DNA from: Myxococcota bacterium
GTDB taxonomy: Bacteria; Myxococcota_A; UBA796; UBA2385
Direction of reading: 5' to 3'
DNA length: 64,000 bases
NCBI GenBank assembly: GCA_044344255.1
Contig: JBIJDH010000003.1
Location: 352,001 to 416,000, forward strand
The stretch's first letter is position 1. Every line of letters starts with the position of its first letter. The translations under genes and the position numbers were made by a program. Below, one piece after another: positions 9,850-19,239 of the stretch. Below the pieces are notes generated by a model. It saw nothing but the letters and a program-made list of their open reading frames with translations, was not told where the DNA came from and made no database searches.

Positions 9850-10383
9850 TCAGCCCGACTGGAGCTGGCTGTGCAGCCAGGCCTTCACGAAGCGGAGCTC
9901 CGCGCCCACCGTGGACTTGGGGAGATCGAGGAGCTCCCCGATCTCGGACTCCGAGAAGCCGCCGTAGAAGGCGTAGCGCCCGATCTCCGCCTTACGAGCA
10001 CCGTTCCTCACCTTGACGCCCCCCTCTGCCAGCTGGTCGAGGAGGCGGTCCACCTCGAGCAGGGTGTCGGGATCCCGCTCCCCGAGGAGGGTGGCGTCTT
10101 CGAGGTTCACGCGGCCGCGGGGATCGGGCCGCTTGCCGGCCTTGCGGCGGCGAGCGTGATCGACGAGCTCGCGCCGCATGTTGAGGACCGCGAGGGGCAG
10201 GACCTTCTTCGGGTCGCCGTCGGCGAGGGGGCGGAGGTCGCCGTCGAGCAGCCGCTCCCAGGCCTGGTGGACGAGCTCGCAGGACTCGAGCGTGTGGGCG
10301 TAAGGCTCCCGCTGGAGCATCCGGCGCGCGGCGGCGCGGAGCTCCTGGTAGACGAGGCGGAGGTCTTCGGCGGAGGTGGGCAT
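9850..10383 (-). CDS. ECF sigma factor, kinase-associated (TIGR02999/ECF43-like)
   Basis: LVYQELRAAARRML..HTL....LVH, MRRELVDHARRRKAGKR, EIGELL..V..ELRFVKAWL; directly upstream of the kinase. Confidence 0.88.
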   Translation of the reverse strand: MPTSAEDLRLVYQELRAAARRMLQREPYAHTLESCELVHQAWERLLDGDLRPLADGDPKKVLPLAVLNMRRELVDHARRRKAGKRPDPRGRVNLEDATLLGERDPDTLLEVDRLLDQLAEGGVKVRNGARKAEIGRYAFYGGFSESEIGELLDLPKSTVGAELRFVKAWLHSQLQSG

Positions 10384-10525
10384 GGGCTTTGATTCTTTAG
10401 CGCGACTCAAGCCCATCAGCGTCCATTCGGGGGCGATCGACCCGTCGGCGGCCCTCGTCACCGCCGGGCCGGGTGTTTTTTCGGTGACAGGAGGGTGACG
10501 GCGCGCAAACAGCTAAGCTGCGCCG

Positions 10526-11791
10526 ATGTCCACCCCCGCCCTCGATCCCCGCCTCCGCGCCTGGCGCGGCCGTGTCTTTGCGGCCACCTGGCTCTCCTAC
10601 TTCGGCTTTTACTTCGCGCGGAAGCCCTTCTACGTCGCCAAGGCGGATCTCGGCGCGGCCAACGGTTGGGACGCCGGCGTGCTCGGCAACATCGGCGCCG
10701 CCTACCTCGTCGCGTATGCGGTGGGGCAGTTCTCTACCGGCGTGCTCGGCGCGCGCTTCGGGCCGCGGGCCATCGTGCTCTCGGGGATGGCGCTGTCGGC
10801 CCTCGCCAACGCGGCCTTCGGCTTCACCGACGCTGTGCTGCTCTTCACCGTCCTGATGGCCGTCAACGGGCTCGCCCAGGCCACCGGCTGGCCCTCCAAT
10901 GTCGGCACGATGGCCACCTGGTTCCATCGGGGCGAGCGCGGCACGGTGATGGGCTTCTGGGCGACGAACTTCCAGTTCGGCGGGCTCGCGGCCACCACCC
11001 TCGCGGCCTTCGTGCTCGACGCCTACGGCCTGCGCATGTCCTTCTTGGCGGGCAGCGCGGTCTTGTGCTTGATTTGGGTATTCTATTGGTTCAATCAGAG
11101 GAACAAGCCGGAAGACCTCGGGCTCTCGCCGGTCGAGGACGCGCTGCCGACCGCGGCCGAGGCGGAGGCCGCGAGCGCCCGCCCGGCTCCATCCAAGTGG
11201 GCGTTCTACCTCAACGTCCTCCTCGTGGGTGGCTTCTACTTCAACGCCAAGGTGATCCGCTACGCCATCTGGTCGTGGGCGCCTTACCTGCTGCGGCTCC
11301 ACTTCGGGATGGAGAAGGGCCAGGCGGGCTACCTCACGAACGTCTTCGACTTCTCCGGCATCCTCGGCGTGGTGCTCATCGGCTACCTGTCCGATCGCCT
11401 CTTCAAGAGCCGCCGTGTGCTCGTGAGCTTCCTCTTCGTGATCGGGCTCGTCCTGAGCTGCCTGCTGCTCTACTTCTTCGGCTCGACCAGCCTCACCTTG
11501 TTCACCGTCAGCATGGGCCTCATCGGCTTCACGCTCATCGCGCCGGACTCGATCATGACCGGCGCTGGGGCGATCGACGTCGGCTCGCGAGAGCAGGCCA
11601 CGCTGGCGGTGGGCCTGATCGGCACGCTCGGGGCGCTCGGCAGCGTGTTCCAGGAGCTCGTGCTCGGCCAGCTCCTCAAGGGAGACGACGTGCAGGGCAC
11701 CTTCACCCTCCTGCTCGGCTCGGCGGTCGCAGCGGCGGGCTGCCTCGGCCTCATCCTGGTGAGGAACCGGCTCGGCCATTCCGACCTCTGA
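10526..11791 (+). CDS. MFS transporter, organophosphate:Pi antiporter (GlpT/UhpC-like) family
   Basis: YFGFYFARKPF, NGLAQATGWP, WFHRGERG, GYLSDRLF; about 12 TM helices. Confidence 0.9.
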   Translation: MSTPALDPRLRAWRGRVFAATWLSYFGFYFARKPFYVAKADLGAANGWDAGVLGNIGAAYLVAYAVGQFSTGVLGARFGPRAIVLSGMALSALANAAFGFTDAVLLFTVLMAVNGLAQATGWPSNVGTMATWFHRGERGTVMGFWATNFQFGGLAATTLAAFVLDAYGLRMSFLAGSAVLCLIWVFYWFNQRNKPEDLGLSPVEDALPTAAEAEAASARPAPSKWAFYLNVLLVGGFYFNAKVIRYAIWSWAPYLLRLHFGMEKGQAGYLTNVFDFSGILGVVLIGYLSDRLFKSRRVLVSFLFVIGLVLSCLLLYFFGSTSLTLFTVSMGLIGFTLIAPDSIMTGAGAIDVGSREQATLAVGLIGTLGALGSVFQELVLGQLLKGDDVQGTFTLLLGSAVAAAGCLGLILVRNRLGHSDL

Positions 11792-11797
11792 GCCGGC

Positions 11798-12124
11798 TCA
11801 GGCCTCGGGGGCGCCGCTCGACAGGGTGGGGGCCAGCGCCGCCTGCAGGCGAGCCTCGAGCGCGGCGGCGTCGCCCCGCGCGAGGATGAGCTTGTCTCGC
11901 CCCGTCTCTCCGCGGAGGAGGCTCAGGCTGGAGGGGGCGATGCCCAGCACCTCGCGGGCGAGGAAGCGGAGGATGGCTCGGTTGGCCTCCCCTTCGACGG
12001 CCCGGGCAGCGACCCGCACGCGGATGGCGCCCTCGTGGAGGCCGGCCAGCGCGTCCTTGCCTGCGCCGGGGGCGGCGCGCACGCGGAGCTGAATGCCCTC
12101 CGCCACGCGTTGGCAGCCGGGCAC
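11798..12124 (-). CDS. DUF167 (YggU/UPF0235) family protein
   Basis: C-terminal part of track ORF 11798..12880: LRVRAAPGA, RVAARAVEGEAN, LLRGETGRDK; GTG start at 12124 inferred. Confidence 0.8.
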   Translation of the reverse strand: MPGCQRVAEGIQLRVRAAPGAGKDALAGLHEGAIRVRVAARAVEGEANRAILRFLAREVLGIAPSSLSLLRGETGRDKLILARGDAAALEARLQAALAPTLSSGAPEA

Positions 12125-12198
12125 CTTGGGTTCGACGACGGGGGCGGGTGGAGGTGTGGCCGTCGGTGGTGCGCCGGCCCGGCCTCGCCCCCGGCCGC

Positions 12199-13002
12199 TC
12201 AGGGGACGTCCATTCGTTGGAAGCGCACCATCGCGATGGTGAAACACGCGGAGATCAGCACGCCGAGGCCGATGAAGGAGGTGGGCTCCCACTCGCCGCC
12301 CTTCCAGCCCTCCCAGCACGCGAGCGCGGCGCCCGGAAGGAATTTCGCGGCCTCCTTGGCGGCCTCTGCGCCGAGCGCCCCCACCAGCTTGAGCACCCCC
12401 CGCGCCGCCATGTCGACCATCAGCGCGATGACCACGGAGACGACGACGCCGCCCACCCCGCGGAAGAAGACTGCCACCGCCGTGGTGAGCGCGATGAGGC
12501 CGACGTCGGAGGCCAGCGAGGCGAGGTAGCCGAGGCTCACGTCGAGGATGGAGCCGGTGGCGCCGAAGAGGGCCGCGCCGCCGAGCGCGCTCACCATCCA
12601 GGTGACGAGGAGGGTGCAGGCCGACAGCGCCGTGAGCGCCAGCACCTTGGCCAACATTACGCTCCAGCGCGTGACCGGGCGGACGAGCACCTCTCGCAGC
12701 GACTGGTCGCCGATCTCGAGCGAGAAGGTGTTGCCCACCGCGAGGATCAGCACCATCGGCAGGATGAAGAAGTTGCGGGCCTTGAGCGCGTAGCCCGCGG
12801 TTCCCACCCAGGTGGCGTCCACCATCTGGGTGACGTTGGCCCCGTTCACCTGGGCGTCGCCGCCGCGGGAGATCACCCACTGCACCCCGGCGAGGGTGAG
12901 GGCGCCGACAGCGAAGGCGACGATCAGCGCGCCGAGCCCGGAGGCGCGCGAGAAGACGGCGCGGAGCTCGGCGAGGATCATCTTCGGGAGGTGGGGCACC
13001 AT
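12199..13002 (-). CDS. ABC-2 type transporter permease
   Basis: About 6 TM helices; EIGDQSLREVLVRPVTRWSVMLAK motif; stop/start overlap with the ATPase. Confidence 0.85.
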   Translation of the reverse strand: MVPHLPKMILAELRAVFSRASGLGALIVAFAVGALTLAGVQWVISRGGDAQVNGANVTQMVDATWVGTAGYALKARNFFILPMVLILAVGNTFSLEIGDQSLREVLVRPVTRWSVMLAKVLALTALSACTLLVTWMVSALGGAALFGATGSILDVSLGYLASLASDVGLIALTTAVAVFFRGVGGVVVSVVIALMVDMAARGVLKLVGALGAEAAKEAAKFLPGAALACWEGWKGGEWEPTSFIGLGVLISACFTIAMVRFQRMDVP

Positions 13003-13919
13003 CAGGTGATCTCCTTGCTGGTCAGGGAGAGGAAGAGGTCTTCGAGCGAGCGCTGCACCGGCACCAGCGCGGTGACCGACACGCCGCCCTGCACGAGGGC
13101 GCGGTTGAGCTCGGCCACGCCGAGGCCGTCGAGGGCCACCCGCAGGCGGCCGGGCTCCCCGTCGCCCACCACCCGGATGCCCTGGAGCGCGCGGAGGGCC
13201 TGGCCGAGGGCGGCGAGGTCAGTGGCGGCGATCTCCACCTCCTCCACCGCGCCCTTGCCGAGCACGAGCTCCTTCACCGAGCCCTCCGCCACCATCCGCC
13301 CGTGCGAGAGGATGCCGACGCGGTTGCAGAGCAGCTCGATCTCGGAGAGGAGGTGGGAGCTGATGAGGATGGTCAGCTTCTCGGTGCGGGCGAGGCGCGC
13401 CAAGAGCTCGCGCACCTCGACCATGCCGCGAGGGTCGAGCCCGTTGGTGGGCTCATCGAGGATGAGCAGCTTCGGCCGCCCGACGAGGGCGCGCGCGATG
13501 CCGAGGCGCTGCTTCATGCCGAGCGAGTAGGCGCGTACCTTCTCGCGCTCCCGCTCCTTGAGCCCCACCAGCGTGAGCGCCCGATCGATGTCGGAGGCGT
13601 CACCCTGGCCCGCGAAGGCCACGGCCCGCTCGAGGTTGCCGCGCCCGGACATCCAGCCGTGGAAGGCGGGGGTCTCGACCATCGCGCCGACGTGGGCCCG
13701 CTGGCGGACGGGGTCCGACTCGCCGAAGATCTGGACCGTGCCCGAGGTCTTGCTGATCAAGCCGAGCATGCAGCGGATCGCCGTCGTCTTTCCGGCCCCG
13801 TTGGGGCCGAGGAAGCCGTATACGTCGCCTTCGGCCACCCGGATGGAGAGGGCATCCACCGCGGTGCGCGCACCAAAGCGGCGGGTGAGGCCCTCCGTCA
13901 CCAACGCGTCACTTGCCAT
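13002..13919 (-). CDS. ABC transporter ATP-binding protein (BcrA-like)
   Basis: GPNGAGKTT, YSLGMKQRL, LILDEPTNGLD, SSH. Confidence 0.95.
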   Translation of the reverse strand: MASDALVTEGLTRRFGARTAVDALSIRVAEGDVYGFLGPNGAGKTTAIRCMLGLISKTSGTVQIFGESDPVRQRAHVGAMVETPAFHGWMSGRGNLERAVAFAGQGDASDIDRALTLVGLKEREREKVRAYSLGMKQRLGIARALVGRPKLLILDEPTNGLDPRGMVEVRELLARLARTEKLTILISSHLLSEIELLCNRVGILSHGRMVAEGSVKELVLGKGAVEEVEIAATDLAALGQALRALQGIRVVGDGEPGRLRVALDGLGVAELNRALVQGGVSVTALVPVQRSLEDLFLSLTSKEIT

Positions 13920-13968
13920 GGGTGTTTTCTCCTACTATTTCCCGGTCCCGGTAACGGAGGGTGCAGTG

Positions 13969-15867
13969 ATGATCAGCGAGAACAAGCAGACCGCGGGTGG
14001 TGTCCAGGCGATGACGGCGAAGGGACGGCTGCGGTCGCGGACGACCGCCCGAGCGCTCCTCGTGCTCGCCGGACTGTCGGCGGGCTGCATCACGCCCTCC
14101 AGCTCGGACAAGGGCTCCGGCTCCGATGACGGGGCAGGGGACGGCGCCGACGGGGGTGGGACCACGCCCGCCACCATCTATGACATCCAGCAGGGGAACG
14201 TCGAGGTTGATTCCCAGGTCAGCCTCAGCCGCGTGATCGTCACCTCCCCGCTCACCTTGGACGGCGAGGGCTTCTTCATCTCCGAGGCGGAGGGCGGTGA
14301 GTACAGCGGCGTCTACGTCTTCCTCGGCACCGGCGGCCTGGGCGAGCTCTTCCTCTCGGTGGGCGACGAGCTGTCGCTCACCGGCGTGGTCAGCGAGTTC
14401 TACGACTACACCGAGCTCACCGTGAGCTCGGACAGCATCACCGTGACGGGCACGGGCACGGTCGCCCCCACCCCGGTCGACAGCCCGTCGGACTGGGAGC
14501 CCTACGAGGGCGTGCTCGTCAGCCTCAGCGCCCAGTCGGCCCTCGAGTGCCCCGACAGCTACGGCGAGACGGCCCTCTCCGGCGGCATCGCCCTCGACGA
14601 CCTCCTCTACCGCTACGAGTCCGAGCGGGGCGCCGAGTACTCGGAGGTGGTGGGCCTCGTGTCTTACGGCTTCGAAGAGTACAAGCTCAACCCGCGCGGC
14701 ACCGAAGACCTCGCCGGCTACGTCCCCGGCGAGGGCTGCACCGCCACCGTCGCCGAGTGCCAGCAGGACGGCATCACCGGCTCGGTTGACCTCGAGGGCG
14801 TGGTCGTCACCAGCCAGATCAACAACTTCTTCGGCTTCTACGTCCAAGACCAGGGCGGCGGCGAGTACAGCGGGATCTACGTCTTCAGCTACGAGGACGT
14901 GGCCGCCGAGCTCGACATCGCCGTAGGCGACACCGTGAACCTGCACGGCTCGGTGAGCGAGTACTACGACTTCACCGAGATCTCGCTCACCAGCGTCGAT
15001 GACCTCGTGAAGGTGGCCACCGCTGAGCCCGTGAGCACCGAGCTCGTCGAGGCCCCCGCCGACTGGGAGCCCTACGAGGGCGGGCTGCTCACCCTCCGCG
15101 ATGTGGAGGTGACAGGCGACATCGACAGCCACGGTCAGGTCACGACCAACTACGGCGTCGTGATCGACAACGACTTCTACGACTACGACCTCTCCTCGGG
15201 CGACGTGCTGCCCTCGGTCACCGGGCTGCTGGCCTGGAGCTTCGACGCCTGGCACCTCAACCCCCGCGGCGCGGAAGACGTCACGGGCGGTGGCGGCGGT
15301 GGTGGGACGGGCACCGTGGCGACGATCGCCGAGATCCAGAGCGGCGGCGTCACCGGGACCGTCACCCTCGAGGGGGTCACGGTGGTCAGCGGCATGACGG
15401 CGGGCGACGGTTTCTTCGTGCAGGACGACGCCGGCGCCTACAACGGCATCTACGTCTACGTGGGCAGCAGCGGCATCACCGTCAACCAGGGTGATCAGGT
15501 CACGCTCACGGGTGACGTGTCGGAGTTCTACGACCTCACCGAGATCGCGATCTTCGACGCCGCTGACCTCACCGTCACCGGCACGGGCGTCCCGAGCGCC
15601 CTCGTGCTCTCCTCGGAGCCCGCCGACTGGGAGCCCTACGAGGGCGTGCTGGTCTCGGTCCTCGCCGATCTCACGCTCACGTCGGACGCCGACGAGTTCG
15701 GGGTGTGTACGACGAGCTGGACCAGCCTCCAGATGGACGACGCCCTCTACGACTTCGACGCCACCTACGGCGACGGCGAGGTCTTCTCGCTCGTGACCGG
15801 GCCCATCACCTACGATCACGAGACCTGGCGGATCCTGCCCCGCGAGTCTGGCGACCTCGCTCACTGA
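13969..15867 (+). CDS. Lipoprotein with three tandem OB-fold-like (YhcR/ExeM accessory-type) repeats
   Basis: GGAGG RBS at 13956 and ATG 13969; LSAGC lipobox; 3 x ~190 aa units with GFF.QD, G.VSE.YD.TE, DWEPYEG and PR...D motifs. Confidence 0.8.
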   Translation: MISENKQTAGGVQAMTAKGRLRSRTTARALLVLAGLSAGCITPSSSDKGSGSDDGAGDGADGGGTTPATIYDIQQGNVEVDSQVSLSRVIVTSPLTLDGEGFFISEAEGGEYSGVYVFLGTGGLGELFLSVGDELSLTGVVSEFYDYTELTVSSDSITVTGTGTVAPTPVDSPSDWEPYEGVLVSLSAQSALECPDSYGETALSGGIALDDLLYRYESERGAEYSEVVGLVSYGFEEYKLNPRGTEDLAGYVPGEGCTATVAECQQDGITGSVDLEGVVVTSQINNFFGFYVQDQGGGEYSGIYVFSYEDVAAELDIAVGDTVNLHGSVSEYYDFTEISLTSVDDLVKVATAEPVSTELVEAPADWEPYEGGLLTLRDVEVTGDIDSHGQVTTNYGVVIDNDFYDYDLSSGDVLPSVTGLLAWSFDAWHLNPRGAEDVTGGGGGGGTGTVATIAEIQSGGVTGTVTLEGVTVVSGMTAGDGFFVQDDAGAYNGIYVYVGSSGITVNQGDQVTLTGDVSEFYDLTEIAIFDAADLTVTGTGVPSALVLSSEPADWEPYEGVLVSVLADLTLTSDADEFGVCTTSWTSLQMDDALYDFDATYGDGEVFSLVTGPITYDHETWRILPRESGDLAH

Positions 15868-15904
15868 GCCCGATCGGGTGGGCGCGCTCTGGTAGAGTGC
15901 GCCC

Positions 15905-16831
15905 ATGAAGGTCGTCGTCACCGGTGGTGCTGGGTATGTGGGGAGCACGCTCGTGCCCCGCCTCTTGCAGGCGGGGCATCGTGTTCATGTGCTGGACAGC
16001 TTGATGTTTGGGGGGGAGGCCCTGCTCCCGCACTTCATCCATCCGGGCTTCAGCTTCGCGCAGGTCGATGTGACCGACCGCGGCGCGCTGGCTCGGGAGC
16101 TCGAGGGGGCCGACAGCGTCGTACACCTCGCGGCCCTGGTCGGGTACCCGCTGTGTAAGAAGCTGCCGCGGCAGGCGGTCGAGGTCAACGTCGACGGGGC
16201 GCGCAATGTCTGTGAGCTCGCCCCGGCTGGCGCGCGCCTGCTCTACGCCTCCACCGGCTCGAACTACGGAGAGGTGGAGGGTGTCTGCACCGAGGACACG
16301 CCGCTCAACCCGCTCAGCCTCTACGGGGAGACGAAGACACAGGCGGAGCAGATCTTCCGGTCGCGGCCCAACTCCAAGGCCCTGCGCTTCGCGACGGCCT
16401 TCGGCACCTCGCCGCGGATGCGCCTCGATCTGATGATCAATGACTTCACCTGGCAGGCGGTGCACCGCCGCTACCTCGTGGTCTACGAGAAGCACTTCCG
16501 GCGCACCTTCATCCACGTGCACGACATGGCCCGAGCCTTCGAGCACGCCCTCGCCCGCTGGGATGACCTCCACCACGACGTCTACAACGTCGGTCACGAG
16601 TCGCTCAACTACACGAAGCAGGACATCATCCGCCTCCTGCAAATGCGGGTGGAGTTCCTTTGCTACTTCGCCGAGTTTGGCAAGGACGAGGACCGCCGCG
16701 ACTACGAGGTGGACTACAGCCGCGTGCGCGCCACCGGCTACGAGACCTCGGTCGACATCAGTCGCGGCCTCGGTGAGCTGGTGCAGGCCCTGCGGCTGCT
16801 CCCGATCCGGAACCCCTACTCGAACGTGTAG
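15905..16831 (+). CDS. NAD-dependent epimerase/dehydratase (extended SDR)
   Basis: TGGAGYVG, HLAALVG, YASTGSNYG, YGETK. Confidence 0.92.
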   Translation: MKVVVTGGAGYVGSTLVPRLLQAGHRVHVLDSLMFGGEALLPHFIHPGFSFAQVDVTDRGALARELEGADSVVHLAALVGYPLCKKLPRQAVEVNVDGARNVCELAPAGARLLYASTGSNYGEVEGVCTEDTPLNPLSLYGETKTQAEQIFRSRPNSKALRFATAFGTSPRMRLDLMINDFTWQAVHRRYLVVYEKHFRRTFIHVHDMARAFEHALARWDDLHHDVYNVGHESLNYTKQDIIRLLQMRVEFLCYFAEFGKDEDRRDYEVDYSRVRATGYETSVDISRGLGELVQALRLLPIRNPYSNV

Positions 16832-16838
16832 GGGCGGG

Positions 16839-16858
16839 CCGCGGTCACCGGACCGCGG
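16839..16858. terminator. GC-rich hairpin between convergent genes (putative bidirectional terminator)
   Basis: CCGCGGTC-accg-GACCGCGG perfect 8-bp stem between the stops at 16831 and 16859; no U-tract. Confidence 0.45.
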
Positions 16859-17608
16859 TCACGGGGGGAAGGGGTCTGCAGGGTCAGCGGAGAGCAGGGT
16901 CTCGGTGGGCACCCAAGCCTTCCGTCCGTCGGGCAGGTGGATGAGGCTGCTCTCGCCGCTCTGCTCATCGACCTCGACCAGCGCGCCCTCGTGGAGGACG
17001 AAGAGCTCGACGCCGTCGGCGCTGGGGGTGCTGCGAGCGCTCACGGCCGGCGCGGTGATGACGGCGCCCGGCTGCTCGCGAGAGGCCACCACCGTGGACA
17101 GGGTGAGGAGGGCCGACAGGGAGAGGAGGGCGGTCGTGGGCCCCGTCCAGAGGCGGACGCCCCCGCGGAGGCGGTGGCCGAGGACGAGGCTGAGGCCGAG
17201 AGCGGCGCAGAGCCCGGCCCCGAGGGCGCCCTGGCGAGGGGAGAGCCAGCCCTTCCAGAAGAGCGGGCTGGGGCCTCGCTCGGTGGCCTCGAGACGATCG
17301 GTGGTCTCCCGCACGGCGCGGTCGAGGTTGGCCTGGAGGTCGGGATCACGCGGCGCGAGCACGAGGCCGCGGCGCCAGGCGGCGATGGCCGGCCCCCGCT
17401 TGCCCTGGCGGTAGAGGGCGTTGCCGAGGCCGTGGTAGACGACGGGATCGCGGGCTCCTGCCTCGAGCGCCTCGAGGAAGCGCGCGGCCGCGGCTGGGGC
17501 GTCACCGGCCCGATCCGCGGTGACCCCCGCCTCGTAGGCCTCCTGGCCGCCCGCGTGGGCCGCGGGGTTGAAGGCCAGGGCGAGGCCGAGCAGAGCGGCG
17601 GGGCTCAT
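16859..17608 (-). CDS. BatE-like TPR + SH3b protein
   Basis: Signal peptide, TPR (YHGLGNALYRQGKRGPAIAAWRR), 2 TM helices, LFVLHEG...LPDGRKAWV. Confidence 0.8.
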   Translation of the reverse strand: MSPAALLGLALAFNPAAHAGGQEAYEAGVTADRAGDAPAAAARFLEALEAGARDPVVYHGLGNALYRQGKRGPAIAAWRRGLVLAPRDPDLQANLDRAVRETTDRLEATERGPSPLFWKGWLSPRQGALGAGLCAALGLSLVLGHRLRGGVRLWTGPTTALLSLSALLTLSTVVASREQPGAVITAPAVSARSTPSADGVELFVLHEGALVEVDEQSGESSLIHLPDGRKAWVPTETLLSADPADPFPP

Positions 17609-19239
17609 CGACCCTCCAGGATGAAGGCGCGGAGTCGGGCTTCGAGATCGGCGCCCCCCATGCCGCCGTACCGCGCGGCGTCCAGGTCGGCGTAGAGCTG
17701 GAGCGCCACCTCGCCGAGGGGCGCGACGGCGGCGCGGTCCAGGCCGGGGGCCGGTCGCCCGAGGCGGAGGGCGGCCGCCTCTCGGAAGAGGGCCTCCAAG
17801 GCGGCGAGGCGGGCGACGGGCTCGGTGGGGAGGGACACGAGGCGCCGCTCCAGCTCGACCCGCGGGTCGATCGGACGCCGCCGCAGCCGCCCCCGCAGCC
17901 CGACGCCGACGAGGCCGAGCACGGGGAGGGTCGGGAGGCCGAGGGCGAGGGGGAGGGCGGCGCGCAGGCTGTGGTCGCCGACGGAGGCGTCGCCTGGCAC
18001 GGGGAGGATGTCGTCGCCGAGCGCGCTCACCTCGCCGCGGCGGTCGGCCCCGTCGGCGGCGTAGCTGGTGACGAGGCCGCCGCCGTCGCCCGGCGCCACG
18101 CGGAGGGTCAGGGCGGGGGACTCGAGCTCGCGGTAGGCGCCGACCTCGGGATCGAAGGTGGGGATGCGGAGGGCCGGGATCTGGAGCGCGCCCTCGGACT
18201 GCGGCACGACCGCCCGCTTGAAGACCGCCACGCTCTGAAAGCCGTCGGCGCTGAGGCTCGAGGTGATGACGGGCGCGTCGTCGTAGACGCGGAGCGCCGC
18301 GCTCTCGGCCAAGGGCGGCAGGTGGTAGCCGTCGAGGGAGCCGGTCCCTGCGAGCGTGATCTCCATCGTCACCGACTCGCCGAGCTTGAGCTCGGAGGGC
18401 TCGGCCTTCACGGAGAGCGCGAAGCGGCCCACCAGCCCGGAGAAGTCGGCGGGGCGGCCCTCCTTGGGCAGCGGGCGGATGGTGAGCGGGATCGCAGGGG
18501 CGGTCCAGCTCTCCTGCTTCCCCGCGCGGCCGAAGGCCTGCTCGAAGAAGTCGTCGCGGCGGCCTCGACGGGCCTTCCGCGCCTCGGGGACGATGCCGGT
18601 GAGCAGCGAAGGGCTGATCGTGTGGGCCCCGGGAGCGGAGGCGAGCAGGGGGACCACGAGCTCGGTCACCGCGACCGGGACCCCGCCGTCTTCGATCGTG
18701 TAGGTCTTCTGGTCGGGCTCGACGCCCTTTTGCTGGATGAAGCCGTCAAAGTCGGGCGGGGACCACCGCTGGTCGGCCACCTGCACCCGCGAGCGGAAGT
18801 GGAGCTTGTAGGTGACCACCTCGCCCTGCCACGGGGCGGGGTTGGACAGCGTGGCGGAGAGGTCGGTGGCGGTGGTGGCCTCGGCGCTGCGCGGGCCGAC
18901 CTTCACGGTGATGGGGGCGGCGTGGAGGGCCTCACCGCCGACGGTCAGATCGAGCGGGCCCACCTCCCAGCTCCCCTCGGAGAGGGCGGTGAGCGCGTAG
19001 GAGTACTGGACGATGCGCGTGGTCTTGAAGTTGACCATCATCGTCTGCTGGCCCTGGGACTGGAATTCCAGCTTGAGCCCGCGCTCGACGGGGAGGTCTG
19101 GCAAGCCGCGGGCCGGGGCGTCGATGAACTGGACGGTCAAGCCCACGGTCTGGCCGACCGTGAGGGCGGTGCTGTCGGCGACGATCTGGACGGAGCCCGC
19201 GGAGGCCGCGGCGATCCACAACAACAGGCTGCTCATCAC
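17605..19239 (-). CDS. batD: BatD family protein
   Basis: Signal peptide, repeated BatD Ig-like units, PLP..GRPADFSGLVGRF, FDP..GAY, C-terminal TM helix; operon position. Confidence 0.85.
   Translation of the reverse strand: MMSSLLLWIAAASAGSVQIVADSTALTVGQTVGLTVQFIDAPARGLPDLPVERGLKLEFQSQGQQTMMVNFKTTRIVQYSYALTALSEGSWEVGPLDLTVGGEALHAAPITVKVGPRSAEATTATDLSATLSNPAPWQGEVVTYKLHFRSRVQVADQRWSPPDFDGFIQQKGVEPDQKTYTIEDGGVPVAVTELVVPLLASAPGAHTISPSLLTGIVPEARKARRGRRDDFFEQAFGRAGKQESWTAPAIPLTIRPLPKEGRPADFSGLVGRFALSVKAEPSELKLGESVTMEITLAGTGSLDGYHLPPLAESAALRVYDDAPVITSSLSADGFQSVAVFKRAVVPQSEGALQIPALRIPTFDPEVGAYRELESPALTLRVAPGDGGGLVTSYAADGADRRGEVSALGDDILPVPGDASVGDHSLRAALPLALGLPTLPVLGLVGVGLRGRLRRRPIDPRVELERRLVSLPTEPVARLAALEALFREAAALRLGRPAPGLDRAAVAPLGEVALQLYADLDAARYGGMGGADLEARLRAFILEGR

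Noticed and set aside
11788..11801. 14-bp palindrome CTGAGCCGGCTCAG
   Set aside because: Largely explained by two convergent TGA stops; no loop or U-tract
12125..12880. N-terminal extension of the DUF167 ORF
   Set aside because: Out-of-frame overlap with the ABC permease; Arg-rich and not protein-like
14491..15645. Identical 21-nt repeats as a possible CRISPR array or DGR
   Set aside because: Spacing of 570 and 564 nt, in frame within protein repeats; no cas or reverse transcriptase genes
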